Source: Mobula hypostoma
Lineage: Eukaryota
DNA length: 64,000 bases
Direction: 5' to 3'
Assembly (NCBI RefSeq): GCF_963921235.1
Contig: NC_086107.1
Span: 109,370,001-109,434,000 of the forward strand
Shown: positions 24,496 through 37,259 of the stretch, in pieces
How the letters are laid out: each line of letters starts with the position of its first letter
How positions within the stretch are numbered: position 1 is the first letter of the stretch
Translations under genes and position numbers: made by a program
The notes under the pieces: model-generated
Databases searched by the model: none
The model's input: the letters and a program-made list of their open reading frames with translations, nothing else
What the model was told of the DNA's origin: nothing

Positions 24496-27039
24496 TTCAG
24501 CACAGTAAGCAGGCATCACACGGGAGACACTTATGGAAGAAGAGGCTCATAAACTCAAAGTACATCACATTGGGTAGCCTCCAACCTGGTGGCATGAACA
24601 TTGATTTCTCTAACTTCCATTAATGCCCCTCCTCCCCTTCTTACCCCATCCCTATATTTATTTATTTATTTTTCTCTTTCCCTCTCACAATAACGCCTTG
24701 CCTGTTCTCCATCTTCCTCTGGTGCTCCCCTCCCCCTTTCTTTCTTCCAAGGCCTTCCATCCCATGATACTCCCCCTTCTCCAGCCTTGTATCCCTTTTG
24801 CCAATCAACTTCCCAGCTCTTGGCTTCATCCCTCCCCCTCCTGTCTTCTCCTATCATTTCGGGTCTCCCCCTCCCACTTTCAAATCTCTTACTATCTGTT
24901 TTTTCCGTTAGTCCTGACGAAGGGACCCAACCCAAAACGACGACTTTACTTCTTCCTATAGATGCTGCCTGGCCTGCTGCGTTCCACCAGCATTTTGTGT
25001 GTGTTGCTTGAATTTCCAGCATCTGCAGATTCTCTCGTGTTTGCGTACGTCACATGTTAATATCTTTAAGATCAATGATAACTCTATACTGTTTCGATAG
25101 TTACAATGACATTGCTTACTTCAATACTTTGGATTGGCAATGCTTACTTTGCGCTTACTTTCATATGATTTTCAAACACCTCAATCTTCAACTAACACTC
25201 CAGACATCCTAGATTGAGCGTTAATCACCACTGTCTCTGAGTTGCATTCATGCACATGCAGGCATCTCAGGTCAATGAGATGCTTCCTGGTTTGCAATCG
25301 GCCCCAGTCTGCAGGTCCAAGAACACCATTGTTCTGAGCTGCATTTTAAATTCAGTCTACAATCCACATTCAGATCTTAAGACTGGTTGCTGTTGAAATC
25401 AGAATACACGCTAGCTTAAGTAACAATAAGAAGTATAATAAAAAATAAGTAATAAAAAAGGGAGCAAAATAGTGATATAATCGTAAACATGAGAACTTCT
25501 GCAGATGCTGGAAATCCAGAATAACACTCGCAAAATGCTGGAGGAACTCAGTGGATTGGGCAGTATCTATGGAAATTAATAAACAGTCGGATTTTCAGGC
25601 GGAGAACCTTCATCAGGACTGAGAAGGAAGGGGGAAGATGCCAGAATAAAAAGGTGGGGGGAGGGGGAAGGAGGACTAGCTGGAAGATAATGTCTGAAGC
25701 CATGTGGGTGGGAAAGGTCAAGGGCTGGAGAGGAAGGAATCTGATAGGAGAGGAGAATGGACCATCCCATGGGAGAAAGGGAAGAAGGAGGGGACCCAGG
25801 GGGAAGTAATAGGTGGGTGAGAAGTAAAACGTCAGAGTGGGGAATAGAGGAAGTGGGGAGGAATTTGTCTACTAGAAGGAGAAATCGATATTCATGCCAA
25901 CAGGTTGGAGGCTATGCAGACAGTGTTGCTCCTCCACCCTGAAGTGGCCTCATCCTGGCACATGAGGCCGTGGACCAACATGTCAGAACAGATTAGATCA
26001 GATTATAAGGACACGCAATCCTCTTTTATTGTCATTTAGTAATGCATGCATTAAGAAATGATACAATATTCCTCAATAGGAATGAGAATTAAAATAATGA
26101 GGTATTGTTTATTTATTTATGTTTCCATTGAGGTAGATACAACACAGAATAGGTGCTTCTGGCTCTTTGAGCCATACCGCCTAGCAACCCCGATTTAACT
26201 GTGGCCTCATCATGGCATAATTTACAATGACCGATTAACCTACTAACCAGTTCATCTTTGGACTGTGGGAGGTAACCAGAGCTTCCAGAGGAAACCCACG
26301 CATTCCACAAGGACTCCTTACAGATGGTGTTGGAATTGACCTCTGAACCCCAACGCTCTGAGAATGTTCATGAGTTCATAGACCATTCAGAAATATGATG
26401 GCAGAGGAGAAGCCCTTCCTAAAATGCTGAATGTGCGTTTTCTCTCTCCTGTATCAGGGAGTGATGATGGAGGGACAATAGTCTGCCCCGGTCTCGTTCA
26501 GTACCGGTCACTGAACCTAAAGGATATTATGCTGTGCCCTCACCAGCAAATAAGAGCTATCACAAGGCCAAAAAAATAGGAATGGCTGCTGACAACACAA
26601 TTCAATAAGGTCACGAGGGATCTAATAGGGTCATAGAGTTCACACTGACAACAAAGCAACCATGTCATTGAGAGGGAGAGATGGAGGCCCTTCGCTGGTC
26701 AGGGTTGACGATGAATGTTGCATCCTAGCTTTCTACGTGATATGCCAGCCAGGGCTGTACGATATGGAGAGCAAGTTGTTCTCCCTCTCCACACAACGGC
26801 TGAACCCACAAGAACGGCAGAGACCAATACTGTTTGGCACCAGCAGGGTCACAGGAGTGGCCGGTCAGTATCGAGCTCAATGTGTGACTGGCTTTGGGAC
26901 TCCAGCTCTGGATTTTTCCCTTGGGGTTTTACTCCTGAAGCCTTCCCCATGAGTGGGTATAGCCGCAGGGCAGCGGAGGTTTGAAATCAGGGTTTTCCTT
27001 CTCCGAGATGAGCTGCCAACCAGGCTTGATGAGCCCCTT

Positions 27040-27705
27040 TTAGATTATGAGGACACTCAGTCCTCTTTTATTGTCATTTAGTAATGCATGCATTAAGAAA
27101 TGATACAATGTTCCTCCAGTGTGATATCACAAAACACAAGACAGACCAAGACTGAAAAACTGACAAAAACCACATAATTATAACATATAGTTACAACAGT
27201 GCAACAATACCGTAATTTGATGAAGAACAGGTCATGGGCACGGTAAAAAAGTCTCCAAGTCTCTCGAAAGTCCCATCATCTCACACAGACGGTTGAAGGG
27301 AGAAACTCTCCCTGCCATGAACCTCCAGCGCCGCAAACTTGCCGATGCAGCACCCTGGAAGCACCCGACCACAGTCCGACCCTGAGTCCGTCCGAAAACT
27401 TCGAGCCTACAGCTGGCCCTCCGACACCGAGCACTGAGCACCATCTCTGCCGAGCGCTTTGGCCCCGGCCCCGGCAACAGGCAACAGGCAAAGCCGAGGA
27501 TTTAGGGCCTTCCCCTCCGGAGATTCTCGATCGCACAGTAGCAGCGGCAGCGAAGCGGGCATTTCAGAAGTTTCTCCAGATGTTCCTCCGTGCTTCACAC
27601 GTCTGCCTCCATCAAATCAGGATTGTGCACGGCCCCCATTTAACAAATACGATATCAATTTGGAGCGGCCGCGCGCGCTGCGTCGCGCCGCCATCTTCTC
27701 CTCCC
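27040..27705 (-). mobile_element. Short non-autonomous retroelement with GGGAGGAGAAGATGGCGGCG head and (AATCT)n tail
   Basis: An internally deleted copy lies on + at 28152-28505, and tail-only fragments lie near 1005-1080 and 25995-26070. CpG-rich. Confidence 0.7.
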
Positions 27706-30065
27706 CTCTTGTTTATTCACTTCCGTGGATGCTACCTGAGCTGCTGAGTTCCTCCAGCATTTTGTGAGCGTTGAACATGCCAGAGCAGGGTCATGTAGCC
27801 CTACAGCACCAGCTGTAAGGTCAGGATTCAATTCCCTCTTCAGTCTGTGAGGATTTTGTGCACGCTCCCCATGATAGTGTGGATTTCCTCTCGGTGCTTA
27901 ATTTCCTTCCAGATTCCAAAGATGTACGGTTAGCTTTCGCGAGTGGTGGGCAGGCTATGTTGGTGTCGGAAGTGCAGTGACACTTGCACAACAGCACAAT
28001 CCTCGCTGATGGGAATGACGCATTTCACTGTATGTTTTGATATATATACAACATACATATACTAAGCCCAGTGGAACTGTTTCTTCTGACAGAATAAGGG
28101 GCAAAGGTGAGTTACTGGCACCTTAAAACCAGTCATTTCGGGCAGAAGGGCGGGAGGAGAAGATGGCGGCGCAGTGAAATGATATCGTATTTGTTAAATA
28201 GGGGCCGTGCACAATTCTGATTTGATGGAGACAGCCGTGAGAAGCATGGAGGAACACCTGGAGAAACTTCTGAAATGCCCGGTTCACTGCCGCAGCTACT
28301 GTGCAATCGAGAATCTCCAGAGAGGAAGGCCCCAAATCCTCGGCTTTGCCCGTTGCTGTTTTTTTTGTCAGTATTTTCAGTCTTGGTTTGTCTTGTGTTT
28401 CGGTGATATCATTCTGGAGGAACAAATTGTATCATTTGTTAATGCATGCGTTACTAAATGACAATAAAAGAGGACTGTGTGTCCTCATAATCTAATCTAA
28501 TCTAAACAGTCGACGTTTTGGGCCGAGACCCTTCCTCAAGAGTGGAAAAGAAGGGGGAAGATGCCAGACTAAAATATAGTGGGGAGGGGAAGGAGAATGG
28601 CTGGAAAGTGATAGGTGAAGCCAGGTGGGTGTGGAAGGTCAAGGGCTGGAGATGAAGGAATCTGATAGAAATGGAGACTGGACCTTCGGAGAAAGGGAAG
28701 GAGGAGGGGACCCTGTGGGAGGTGATAGGCAGTTAAGAAGAGTGGCCAGAGTGCGGAATAAAAGAAGAGGGAATTTCTTTTTTTACCAGAAGGAGAGATC
28801 GATATCTACCCCATCAGGTTGGAGGCTACCCCGATGGAATACAAGGTGTTGCTCCTCCACCCTGAGGGGGGGCCTCATCTTGGCACAGGAGGCCATGGAC
28901 CAACGTGTCAGAACGGGAATGGGAATTGGCAGTTAAAATGTTTGGCCACGGGGAAGTTCTGCTTGCGGTGGATGGAGCAAAGGTGCTCGACGAAGCAGTC
29001 CCCCAACTTACAACAGGCCTCACCAATGCTGAGGAGGCTGTACTGTATCGGGAGCACAGGACACAGTCGAAGTTCCCAGCAGATTCACAACTTAAGTTCA
29101 AGCTCACATTTTATGATCAGTCAACTGTACATAAATACCCATGAATACAGCCAGGCAAAAGTGTTCCTCTGGGGCCAGGGTGCAAAAAGCAGAACCTACA
29201 GCACATATAGCAACACCTTATACTCCATCTGGGTAGCCTCCAATCTGATGGCATGAATATCGATTTCTCCTTCCGGTAAAAACAACTCCCTCTCCCTCCC
29301 CTCTTCGTTTATTCCCCACTCTCGCCACTCTTCTCAAATGCCTATCACTTCCCACTGGGTGCCCATCTTCTTCCCTTTCTCCTGTGGTCCACTCTCCTCT
29401 CCTATCAGTTTCCTTCTGCTCCAGCCCTTTATCTTCCCAGCCCATCCTATTATGTTGTAGCTTATCCACTTTTCCAACCACCCAACATTTTATAAGCCTG
29501 TGAAAGACTGGTCTCTCTTTCGCTCTCCAGGAGGAAGGTGTCTGCCGTTGCTCGGTCTCCGTCTCCCTCCCTCTCACTTGATGCTGCCAGGGCTCTGGGT
29601 CTGGGGCAGGGTTTAATCGATGTGGTTTGTGGGTTGAACTCTGTAGTTCACGTTATGACGGGTCTCTGGCTTCTGGTCGCTCCTTTTTCTCTGTTGTTAT
29701 TTTGTACAATTTTGATCGGGGCGGACTGGCGCTGCAGAGTGCAGTCAACGAACGACAGGGTGCCAGATTGAACTGAACTGAATATTCCTGGACTGTTTCG
29801 ATGACGTGGTTTGAAGGTTTATATTCTGTGTTTCTCAATCCATTGTTTGTACCGTTTGTGTAATTTGTTCTTTGCACGTTGGGTGTTTGAATTTTTTCTT
29901 TGAATGAGTTCCATTTTTTTTACTTCGTAGTAGTCTGTGGGAAAACGAATCTGAGTTGTATACTGCATACATACTTCGATAATAAATGCACTTTGAATCT
30001 TTGAGTAAACATACAGTGATATGGCAAATGTATATAACGCTACAAATGTATATAACTAAGAAACA

Positions 30066-30413
30066 TTACAAAGACTGCCTGAAAGCATCCCTCAAAGGCC
30101 TGGGTGTCGACATCAACACGTGGGAGACGCTTGCCCTCGACCGTCCAGCTTGGCGCAGCAAGATCACCACAGGAGCCCGTGCAGCTGAAGTCAGGCGCAT
30201 CATCGAGGCACAACGAAAGCGTGCTGTGCGCAAGGCCCGAGCAGCATCCACTGCCGCGACAGCACCCACCCACTTGTGTCCCACATGCGGGCGAGCCTTC
30301 AGGGCCCGGATTGGCCTCATCAGTCACCTCCGGACCCACAGCCACCAATCTCCCATTTGACTTTGAAGCCATGGTCACCTTCGACGACGAAGGACGAACA
30401 ACAACAACAACAT
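30066..30413 (+). mobile_element. RTE-clade LINE 3' end
   Basis: YKDCLKASLK...WETLALDRPAWR...CPTCGRAFRARIGLISHLRTH (terminal C2H2 finger), short 3' UTR and (CAA)n tail. Confidence 0.85.
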
Positions 30414-31139
30414 ATAGCCCAAATCTCCAAGTACATTGATGGTGCAGAGGTGTTATTGGCAAGATCGAGCCCTCAGCAGTCCACAGACGAATGCATGCAT
30501 GCACATAATCCAGTTTGTCTTGCACCGAATTAACACTGGGGGGGGGGCAGTACCGATGGGAGGAGCCTGCCTCCAATCCAGCACCAACACTGCGCCACAC
30601 CACCTCTGGCATTCCCCACCTCCCGTACTGCTGCAAGAGGCATGAGATCTAGTCCTTACCACAACCAAGGCCACACAACTCCCCCGCCGTCAGTCTCACC
30701 AATGAACCAGACTTGTAGGTTTGAAAGGGGCTTAGCGTGCCTGCTCCTCCCCTTTGCTTTGACCTTGAAGCATTAACTCTGTTTCTCTTCCCACAGTGAT
30801 TTCTATTTATATTTTAGATATCTAGTATCTGCATTTTAATTTTTACTTTCACTGTAATCTCTCTTGTACCATCAACTACCATTTGACCTCCATGCCAATT
30901 ACCCCCACTAAGGTATAATTTCCAAAAGTCAACTACCCTGTTACAACATCTCCTGGCTGTGGATGGACATTAAGAAAAAGGGAACAAATATTTAAATTAT
31001 TCCCTTCCACGTTTCAAACTTCCCTGACAACCAGCTCCAATATTTCTCCTAACCTCCATTCTACACGCCCAAATAACTCATTTTGAAGCTGGATCTTCTC
31101 AAGGCATGGCCCCAGCCTTTTTGGATGGAAAAGCCACCG

Positions 31140-31415
31140 TCTCACGTGCATCAGAATTCTAAACGCTGATTGGTTCTAGGGAAACCATCAATCAAACAGC
31201 TGCCGCTCATTCCACTCGCCCACACAGGAGGCGGTTCGGCTGTGGTCCCACCTCGCTAATTGGCTGCTCCCCCGTGAATGACGACATCTTCGCGGTGATA
31301 GGCCGGATGAACTGTCAGTCAGCCTTCTCAGCGGAAGTGTCATCACTCGGTGGCGGCGGCGGTCGATTGTGAAGTGGGGAGTTGTGCTGGGATCTGCCGT
31401 TGGTTCTTCGTAGAG
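31140..31415 (+). promoter_or_regulatory. CpG-rich TATA-less promoter and 5' UTR of the PDAP1-like gene
   Basis: E-box CACGTG at 31143-31148, inverted CCAAT boxes (ATTGG) at 31169-31173 and 31259-31263, ETS/GABP site CGGAAGTG at 31332-31339, and local CpG enrichment just upstream of the ATG. Confidence 0.75.
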
Positions 31416-31428
31416 ATGCCGCGGGGAG
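31416..31428 (+). CDS. PDAP1: PDAP1-like exon 1 (MPRG+G)
   Basis: gagATGCCGCGGGGAG|gtgagg; 13-nt coding first exon matching the PDAP1 N-terminus MPKGG, in phase with exon 2. Confidence 0.88.
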
Positions 31429-31709
31429 GTGAGGGCTGCCGAGGGTTGCCAGAGCGGTGGGGAAGTGTGGAGGGAGGTGATAAGTCAGTTCTGTGAGGGA
31501 CGGCTCTCCTCAGGGGCCTGGGACGGGCACTTGGGCCCGAACGGCGCCATGGCAACTGGGGGTGATGGTGGGGGGGGGAATGGTGAAAGTGACCGTCCCC
31601 CAGGGGAGGGGGAGTAGGGAATGTTGATCCCGAAAAAGGAGCTTGGAGTTGTGTGGGGAGAGGTGGGGTGTTGTATCCCTCCCCTCCCCCCCCCCCGTGG
31701 TTGTAATGC

Positions 31710-32025
31710 TGAGGACCCAGTCAGGGTGGGGAAGTATTAGCTAGGGGGAATGGGTGATGAGGGATGGGGTGACCCTGGGTGGGACCTGAAACGATTGGGG
31801 TGGGATAGCCCTATTTGGATGCTGAAGTGGTTGGGGACTGGGACGGTGACCCTAGTTGGGTGCTGGTGATTGGGGACGGCGGGGTGGAGGTGACCCCAGT
31901 TGGGTGCTGAAGTGGTCGGTATTGGCGTGACCCTAGATGGGTGCTGCATCGATTGGGGACAGTGTGGGACCCTAGTTGGGTGCTGAAGTGCTTGGGGGGG
32001 GGTGGGGGTGACCCTTGTTGGAGGA
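31710..32025. repeat. Degenerate ~40-bp tandem repeat at the start of PDAP1 intron 1
   Basis: About seven copies of the core gtgaccctagttgggtgctg(aagtgg). Confidence 0.7.
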
Positions 32026-32564
32026 GGGAGGTGAAGACAATTTTAAAATGAATGTGAAACCGTGGAATGTAGGAGCCTGACCCCAGTTGTTGGTTTAATA
32101 TGGAAGGTAATAACAAATCAGTGAGAAAATAGCACTGAGATTAGACAACATTTAACAGGATTTCTAAAGGGGGTAGTGATGTATCTAAGTTTGTTGATGA
32201 ATAAATGGAAAGGCAAATTCTGCAGAGAGACTGTAGAGATATAGTTAAGTGGGCAAGGCTCTGGCAGATGAAGTGCAATAATGCTGACTTTAGGGTCATC
32301 CACTTTGGAAGGAAAAATAGCTCAGATCATTATTTAAATTGCACCATTGTTGTAAATAGGGACTTGGGAGTGTCTGCACATGAATTGCAAAAATTAGTTT
32401 GCATGTGCAGCAGGTTATCATAAGCAACTGAGATGTTGGCCTTCATTGTTAGAGGGATTGAGTTTAAGAGCAGGGAGGTTATGTTGCAATTATATGGGGT
32501 CCTGGTGAGGCTATGCCTGGAGTACTGTGTGCACTGTTCTCCTTGAGAAAAGATAAACATGAAC

Positions 32565-33240
32565 TCGGGTTATTTGGGACACATTGGGACCAGTACATTC
32601 TGGCGCATTTAAGCGGCTGCCCCAATTAGCCAAAGTTTCATGGATTTAGTTAGAGCTATTTTTAAAAAAAGACAAGACATGTATTTAAGTAAAATACAGA
32701 ATTAATTAGAACACTACCAATACTATTGTAGTACTATAAAACTATATTACTTCCTAATAATTATTGATGGAGGAATTCATCCATGTCACATTCTTTTAAC
32801 TGTAAATGAGCAAAATCAGCGCAGATAATGGACTGCATACCATGGTGTCGACGATTGCACCCTTCAAGTCTTCATTTTCATTATAACATTCAAGATGATT
32901 GTTGATACCTTCAAATTCTTTATAGTTTCTAACTTGTTGAAGTAATGAAATCGTTGCACTTTCACTTGCGGCCATTTCTGGCATCTCCAGTCCGAACGCT
33001 TGAAACCACAGTGAACAAATCAGTTATGAATTACCTTGCTGCTTATTTCTCGCCAACTATCAGTGACAAAAATCACTGCATTTTGAACACAAACACGCAC
33101 GATGGATACCCTTTAAAACTGATCACTCTGAACATGGTGTAGTGTAATGGCCCACGATTGCACGCATCGGACACTAGTTTGAAACTGTTCGCAACAGTCT
33201 CCTGCACCAATTAGATTGCACCATCCAGTAATTCCCCCAT
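32565..33240 (-). mobile_element. Probable Tigger/pogo-like DNA transposon remnant (reverse copy at about 7685-8120)
   Basis: 32900-33230 is the reverse complement of about 7830-8120, so it is a repeat. The superfamily call is tentative. Confidence 0.45.
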
Positions 33241-33395
33241 TTAACTTTAACGTAATCATGGGACAATTTACAAATACCAGTTAAGCTACCAACGGGTACG
33301 TCTTTAGACTGTGGGGGCTGTGGGGGAACTGGAGCACCCAGAGAACTCCATGTGGTCATGGAGAATGTACAAACTCTTTGCATCAGTCCATAAGA

Positions 33396-33575
33396 CAGGT
33401 GGCCAATCTTTTACATTCCATGCGTCAATTTTTTCAAGCATGAGTTCAGCTGCGCCATACAACTCTTGTACCCACAATTCTTGTAAAAATATGGGACTCG
33501 TGCATGAAAAAAAATTGCATCTGAACTTGTGCGTGAAAAATTGACGCATGGAATATGAAAGGTTGGCCACCCCTG
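33396..33575. mobile_element. hAT-Charlie-type MITE with ~55-bp inverted repeats
   Basis: caggtggccaatcttttacattccatgcgtcaatttttt ... aaaaattgacgcatggaatatgaaaggttggccacccctg; flanks ccataaga / ccataaaa. Confidence 0.8.
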
Positions 33576-33579
33576 CCAT

Positions 33580-35330
33580 AAAACATAGCAGAATTAGGCC
33601 ACTTGGTCATTAAGTCTGTTCTGCCATTCAATCATGCCTGATTGTTTTTTCCCCCTCCTGAGTTCCACTCCCCAGCCTTCTCCCCGTAGCCTTTGATTCC
33701 ATGTCCTATCAAGAACCTACCAATTTCTGCCTTAAATACACCCAGTGACCTTGCCTCCATAGCTGCCTGTGGTAATAAATTCCACAAATTCACCACCCTC
33801 TGGCTAAAGAAATTTCTCAGCATCTGTTTTAAATGGATGCCCCTCTATGCTGAGGCTGTGCCCTCTTGTCCTAGACTCCCCCACCATGATAACCCTTTCA
33901 TTCCTGGAATGATCCTTGTGAACCTCCTCTGAACCCTCTCCAATGCCAGCACATCTTTTCTTGGATGAGGAGTCCAAAACTGTTCACAATACTTAAGGTG
34001 AGCCCTCACCAGTGCCTTATAAAACCTCAGCATCACAACTCTACTGTTGTATTCTAGGCCTCTTGAAATGAATGCTAACATTGCATTTGCCTTCTTCACT
34101 ACTGACTCTACCTGCAAGATAACCGTTAGGGCGTTCTGCACAAGGATGCCCTAAAGGTTCCTTTGCATCTCAGAGTTTTAGATTTTCTCCCCATTTAGAA
34201 AATAGTCTGCACATTTATTTCTAGTACAGAAGTGCATGACCGTGCATTTTCCAATATTGTATTTCATTTTCCTCTCTTTTGCTCATTCTCCTAAACGAAG
34301 TCCTTCTGCGGCCTACCTGTTTCCTTAACACTCCCTGCCCCTCCACCAATCTTCGTTTCATCTGCAAACTTGGCAATAAACCCATCTATTCCATCATCTA
34401 AATCATTGATATGCAGCATAAAAGGAAGCAGTCCCAACACCAACCCCTGCAGAACATCACTAGTCACTGGCACCCAATCAGAAAAGGATCCTTTTATTCC
34501 CCACTCACTGCCTTCTACCAATCAGCCAATGCTCTAATCATGCCAATAACTTTCCTGTAATACCATGGACTCTTAACTTTGTAGGCCACTTCATGTGTGG
34601 CACCTTGTCAAAGGCCTTCTGAAAGTCCAAATATACAACATCCACTGCATCCCCTTTATCTATCCTACACGTAGTCTCCTCAAAGAATTCCAGCGGGTTC
34701 GTCAGGCAAGATTTTCCATTAAGGAAACCATGCTGACTTTGTCCTACCTTGTCTTGTGTCACCAAGTACTTCGTAACCTCATCCTTAACAATTGACTCCA
34801 AAATCTTCCCAACCACTGAGGTCAGGCTAACTGGTGTATAATTTCCTTTCTGATGCCTTCCTCCTTTCTTAAAAAGTGGAGTAACCTATTCAGTTTTCCA
34901 GTTCTCTGGCACCATGCAGGAGTCCAATGATTTTTGAAAGGTAATTACGGATGCCTCCAAAATCTCTACCGCCACTTCTTTCAGAATCCTAGGGTGCAGT
35001 TCATCTGGTCCGGGTGTCTTGTGTACCCTTGGGTCTTTCAGCTTTTTGAGCACCTTCTCCCTTGTAATAGAAACTACACTCACTTTGCTTCCCTCACACT
35101 CTGGCACACTGCTAATGCCTTCCACGGTGAAGACTGATGCAAAATACTCATTTACTTCATCGGCTATCTTCTTGGCCCCCATTATTATTTCTCTGGCCTC
35201 ATTTTCTAGCGGTCCAATATCCAGTCTCATCTTGAAAAAACTTCGACTATCCTCTTTGATATTGTTCGCTAGCTTGCTTTCATATTTCATCTTTTGCCTC
35301 CTAATGATTCTTCTAGTTGCTCTCTGAACC
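33580..35330 (-). mobile_element. CR1-clade LINE ORF2 remnant
   Basis: RT motifs SQHGFLNGKSCLTN, VYLDFQKAFDKVPH, QGLVLGLL and KFADETK, broken by frameshifts. Many shorter CR1 3' fragments occur (4415, 5270, 32120, 40600, 41780, 44520, 49380, 51240, 52380). Confidence 0.92.
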
Positions 35331-35779
35331 TACGTCGCCTGTGCTGTAAGGTGTTATGCTAACCACTCTGCTGTCATGAGAAGGCATCTTACAGAAACAT
35401 AAAATTATGGAAGGGATAGATAGGGTAGAAGTGGGTAGGTGAGACATGGCCTCAAGGTTCAGGGGAATGGATTGAGGACAGAAATGAAAAGAAACTGCTG
35501 TTCACAGAGTAGTGAATCTGTGGAATTCTCTGCCCAGGGAAGCAGTAGAAGCTACCTCAATGAATATCTTTGAGACACTGATAGGTTTTTGCGGAGTTGG
35601 GGAATTAAGGGTAACGGGGGGGGGGTGGGGTGGAGGATAAGGAAAGAAGGTCCTTGGCCAGATCTCCTACAATCTTATTGAATCATGGAGCAGGCTCGGC
35701 AGGTCAGATCGCAACTTAGGCTCCTGTTTCTTATGGTCTTGTGTTCTTAAAATCTTATTTGACAGACCTACTGACGTTT

Positions 35780-36125
35780 TGGGTGGCATGGTGGAGATGC
35801 ACCTCTACCAAAGAAGGTGTAATGTACTCCTTCTCTCATCTAGCCTGCAGGTCACTCTTGGGCAAGTTGTACTACCTGTTCAGCCCCCTGATCAGGATCA
35901 AGTTAAGCCATGGCAGCAGGTGCTGGATTGTCGTATGAGCAGCTGGTACATAGCTCAAGTCCTAGCTATGTGACCACTGACACCAGACACACAATCCCTG
36001 AAGAGTCTTGATAATGGCTGGGGTCACCCGTCTTGTAAACACGCTGCCCAGAAGAAGGCAATGGCAAACCACTACTGTAAAAAAAATTTGCCAAGAACAG
36101 CCATGGAGAGATGATGATTACCCAT
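35780..36125 (+). mobile_element. RTE-related SINE-like repeat (reverse copies 42530-42876 plus 44374-44392, and 58970-59295)
   Basis: Three copies share gaagaaggcaatggcaaaccact, resembling the Bov-A/RTE motif. Confidence 0.55.
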
Positions 36126-36809
36126 GTCACATAATGAACAAGCTGGTATTTTGAAGTAATTTGTAGATTTTACAGTACAGAAAGAAGCCTTTTGATCCAC
36201 CTCCATCCCTGTTTATTTAATTTTGCCTCATGGCACCTCTAATCTCACTTGTCTGCACTTAGCCTGTATCCTTCTGTGTTTTGCCTTTTCAGGTGCCTAC
36301 CAAAGTGAGTGTTAAACATGTACTACCTGGTGGTGAATTCAAATAGCAATCATTCTTGATGTAAAAAGATGTTTTTCCCCTTTAAATCTTCTGGCCTTGA
36401 ACTTGCACCTTCTGATTTTGATATCCTTGTTGCAATGGGATGGAGATTCTATTTTCCCTATCTATGGCTCTTGGGATTTTATATACTGCAACCTCCTTTG
36501 CTCCAAAATAAATTTGTCTTCAAAACTAAAGTCCTCCAATCCAGGCAACATCCTGATGAATATCTTCTACGATTACATCAAGTTCAAAGTAAATTTATTA
36601 TCAAGCTACCTACATCACCATACACTACCATGAGATTCATTTTCTTGCGGACATTTACAGGAACAATAAAGAAATACAATAGTTTATTTTTTTTTAAAAA
36701 AAACTATACAAAGACTAGCAAACATCCAGCATGAAAAAGAGGACTAACCTTAACCCTAATGTGAATAATAAATAAAGTAATAAATAATTTTGAGAAAATG
36801 AAAATCAGT

Positions 36810-37259
36810 CCGTCTGGGTAGCCTCCAACCTGATGGCATGAACATTGACTTCTCTAACTTCCGCTAGGCCCCACCTCCCCCTCGTACCCCAGCTGTTACT
36901 CATTTTTATGCACACATTCTTTCTCTCACTCTCCTTTTTCTCCCTCTGTCCCTCTGAATATACCTCTTGCCCATCCTCTGGGTCACCCCCCCCCCGTCTT
37001 TCTTCCCGGACCTCCTGTCCCACGATCCTCTCGTATCCCCTTTTACCTATCACCTGTCCAGCTCTCGGCTCTATCCCTCCCCCTCCTGTCTTCTCCTATC
37101 ATTTTGCATCTCCCCCTCCCCCTCCAGCTTTCAAATCCCTTACTCACTCTTCCTGCAGTTAGTCCTGACGAAGGGTCTCGGCCTGAAACGTCGACTGCGC
37201 CTCTTCCTATAGATGCTGCCTGGCCTGCTGCGTTCACCAGCAACTTTGATGTGTGTTGC
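36810..37259 (+). mobile_element. Penelope-like pseudo-LTR insertion in PDAP1 intron 1
   Basis: 12-bp TSD ttgagaaaatga at 36790-36801 and 37260-37271; interrupts a Rex1-like repeat. Confidence 0.85.
37161..37196 (+). ncRNA. Minimal type-I hammerhead ribozyme motif, intact core
   Basis: AGTC-CTGACGA-AGG-GTCTCGG-CCT-GAAAC-GTC-GACT: stem I AGTC/GACT, stem II AGG/CCT, palindromic ACGT in place of stem III, GUC cleavage triplet. Confidence 0.7.

Noticed and set aside
30040..30636. 198-aa minus-strand ORF
   Set aside because: Antisense shadow of the GC-rich RTE 3' end.
31710..32025. Repeat-spacer-like periodicity resembling a CRISPR array
   Set aside because: Eukaryotic intron; units are degenerate, spacers are related G-rich sequence, and there are no cas genes.
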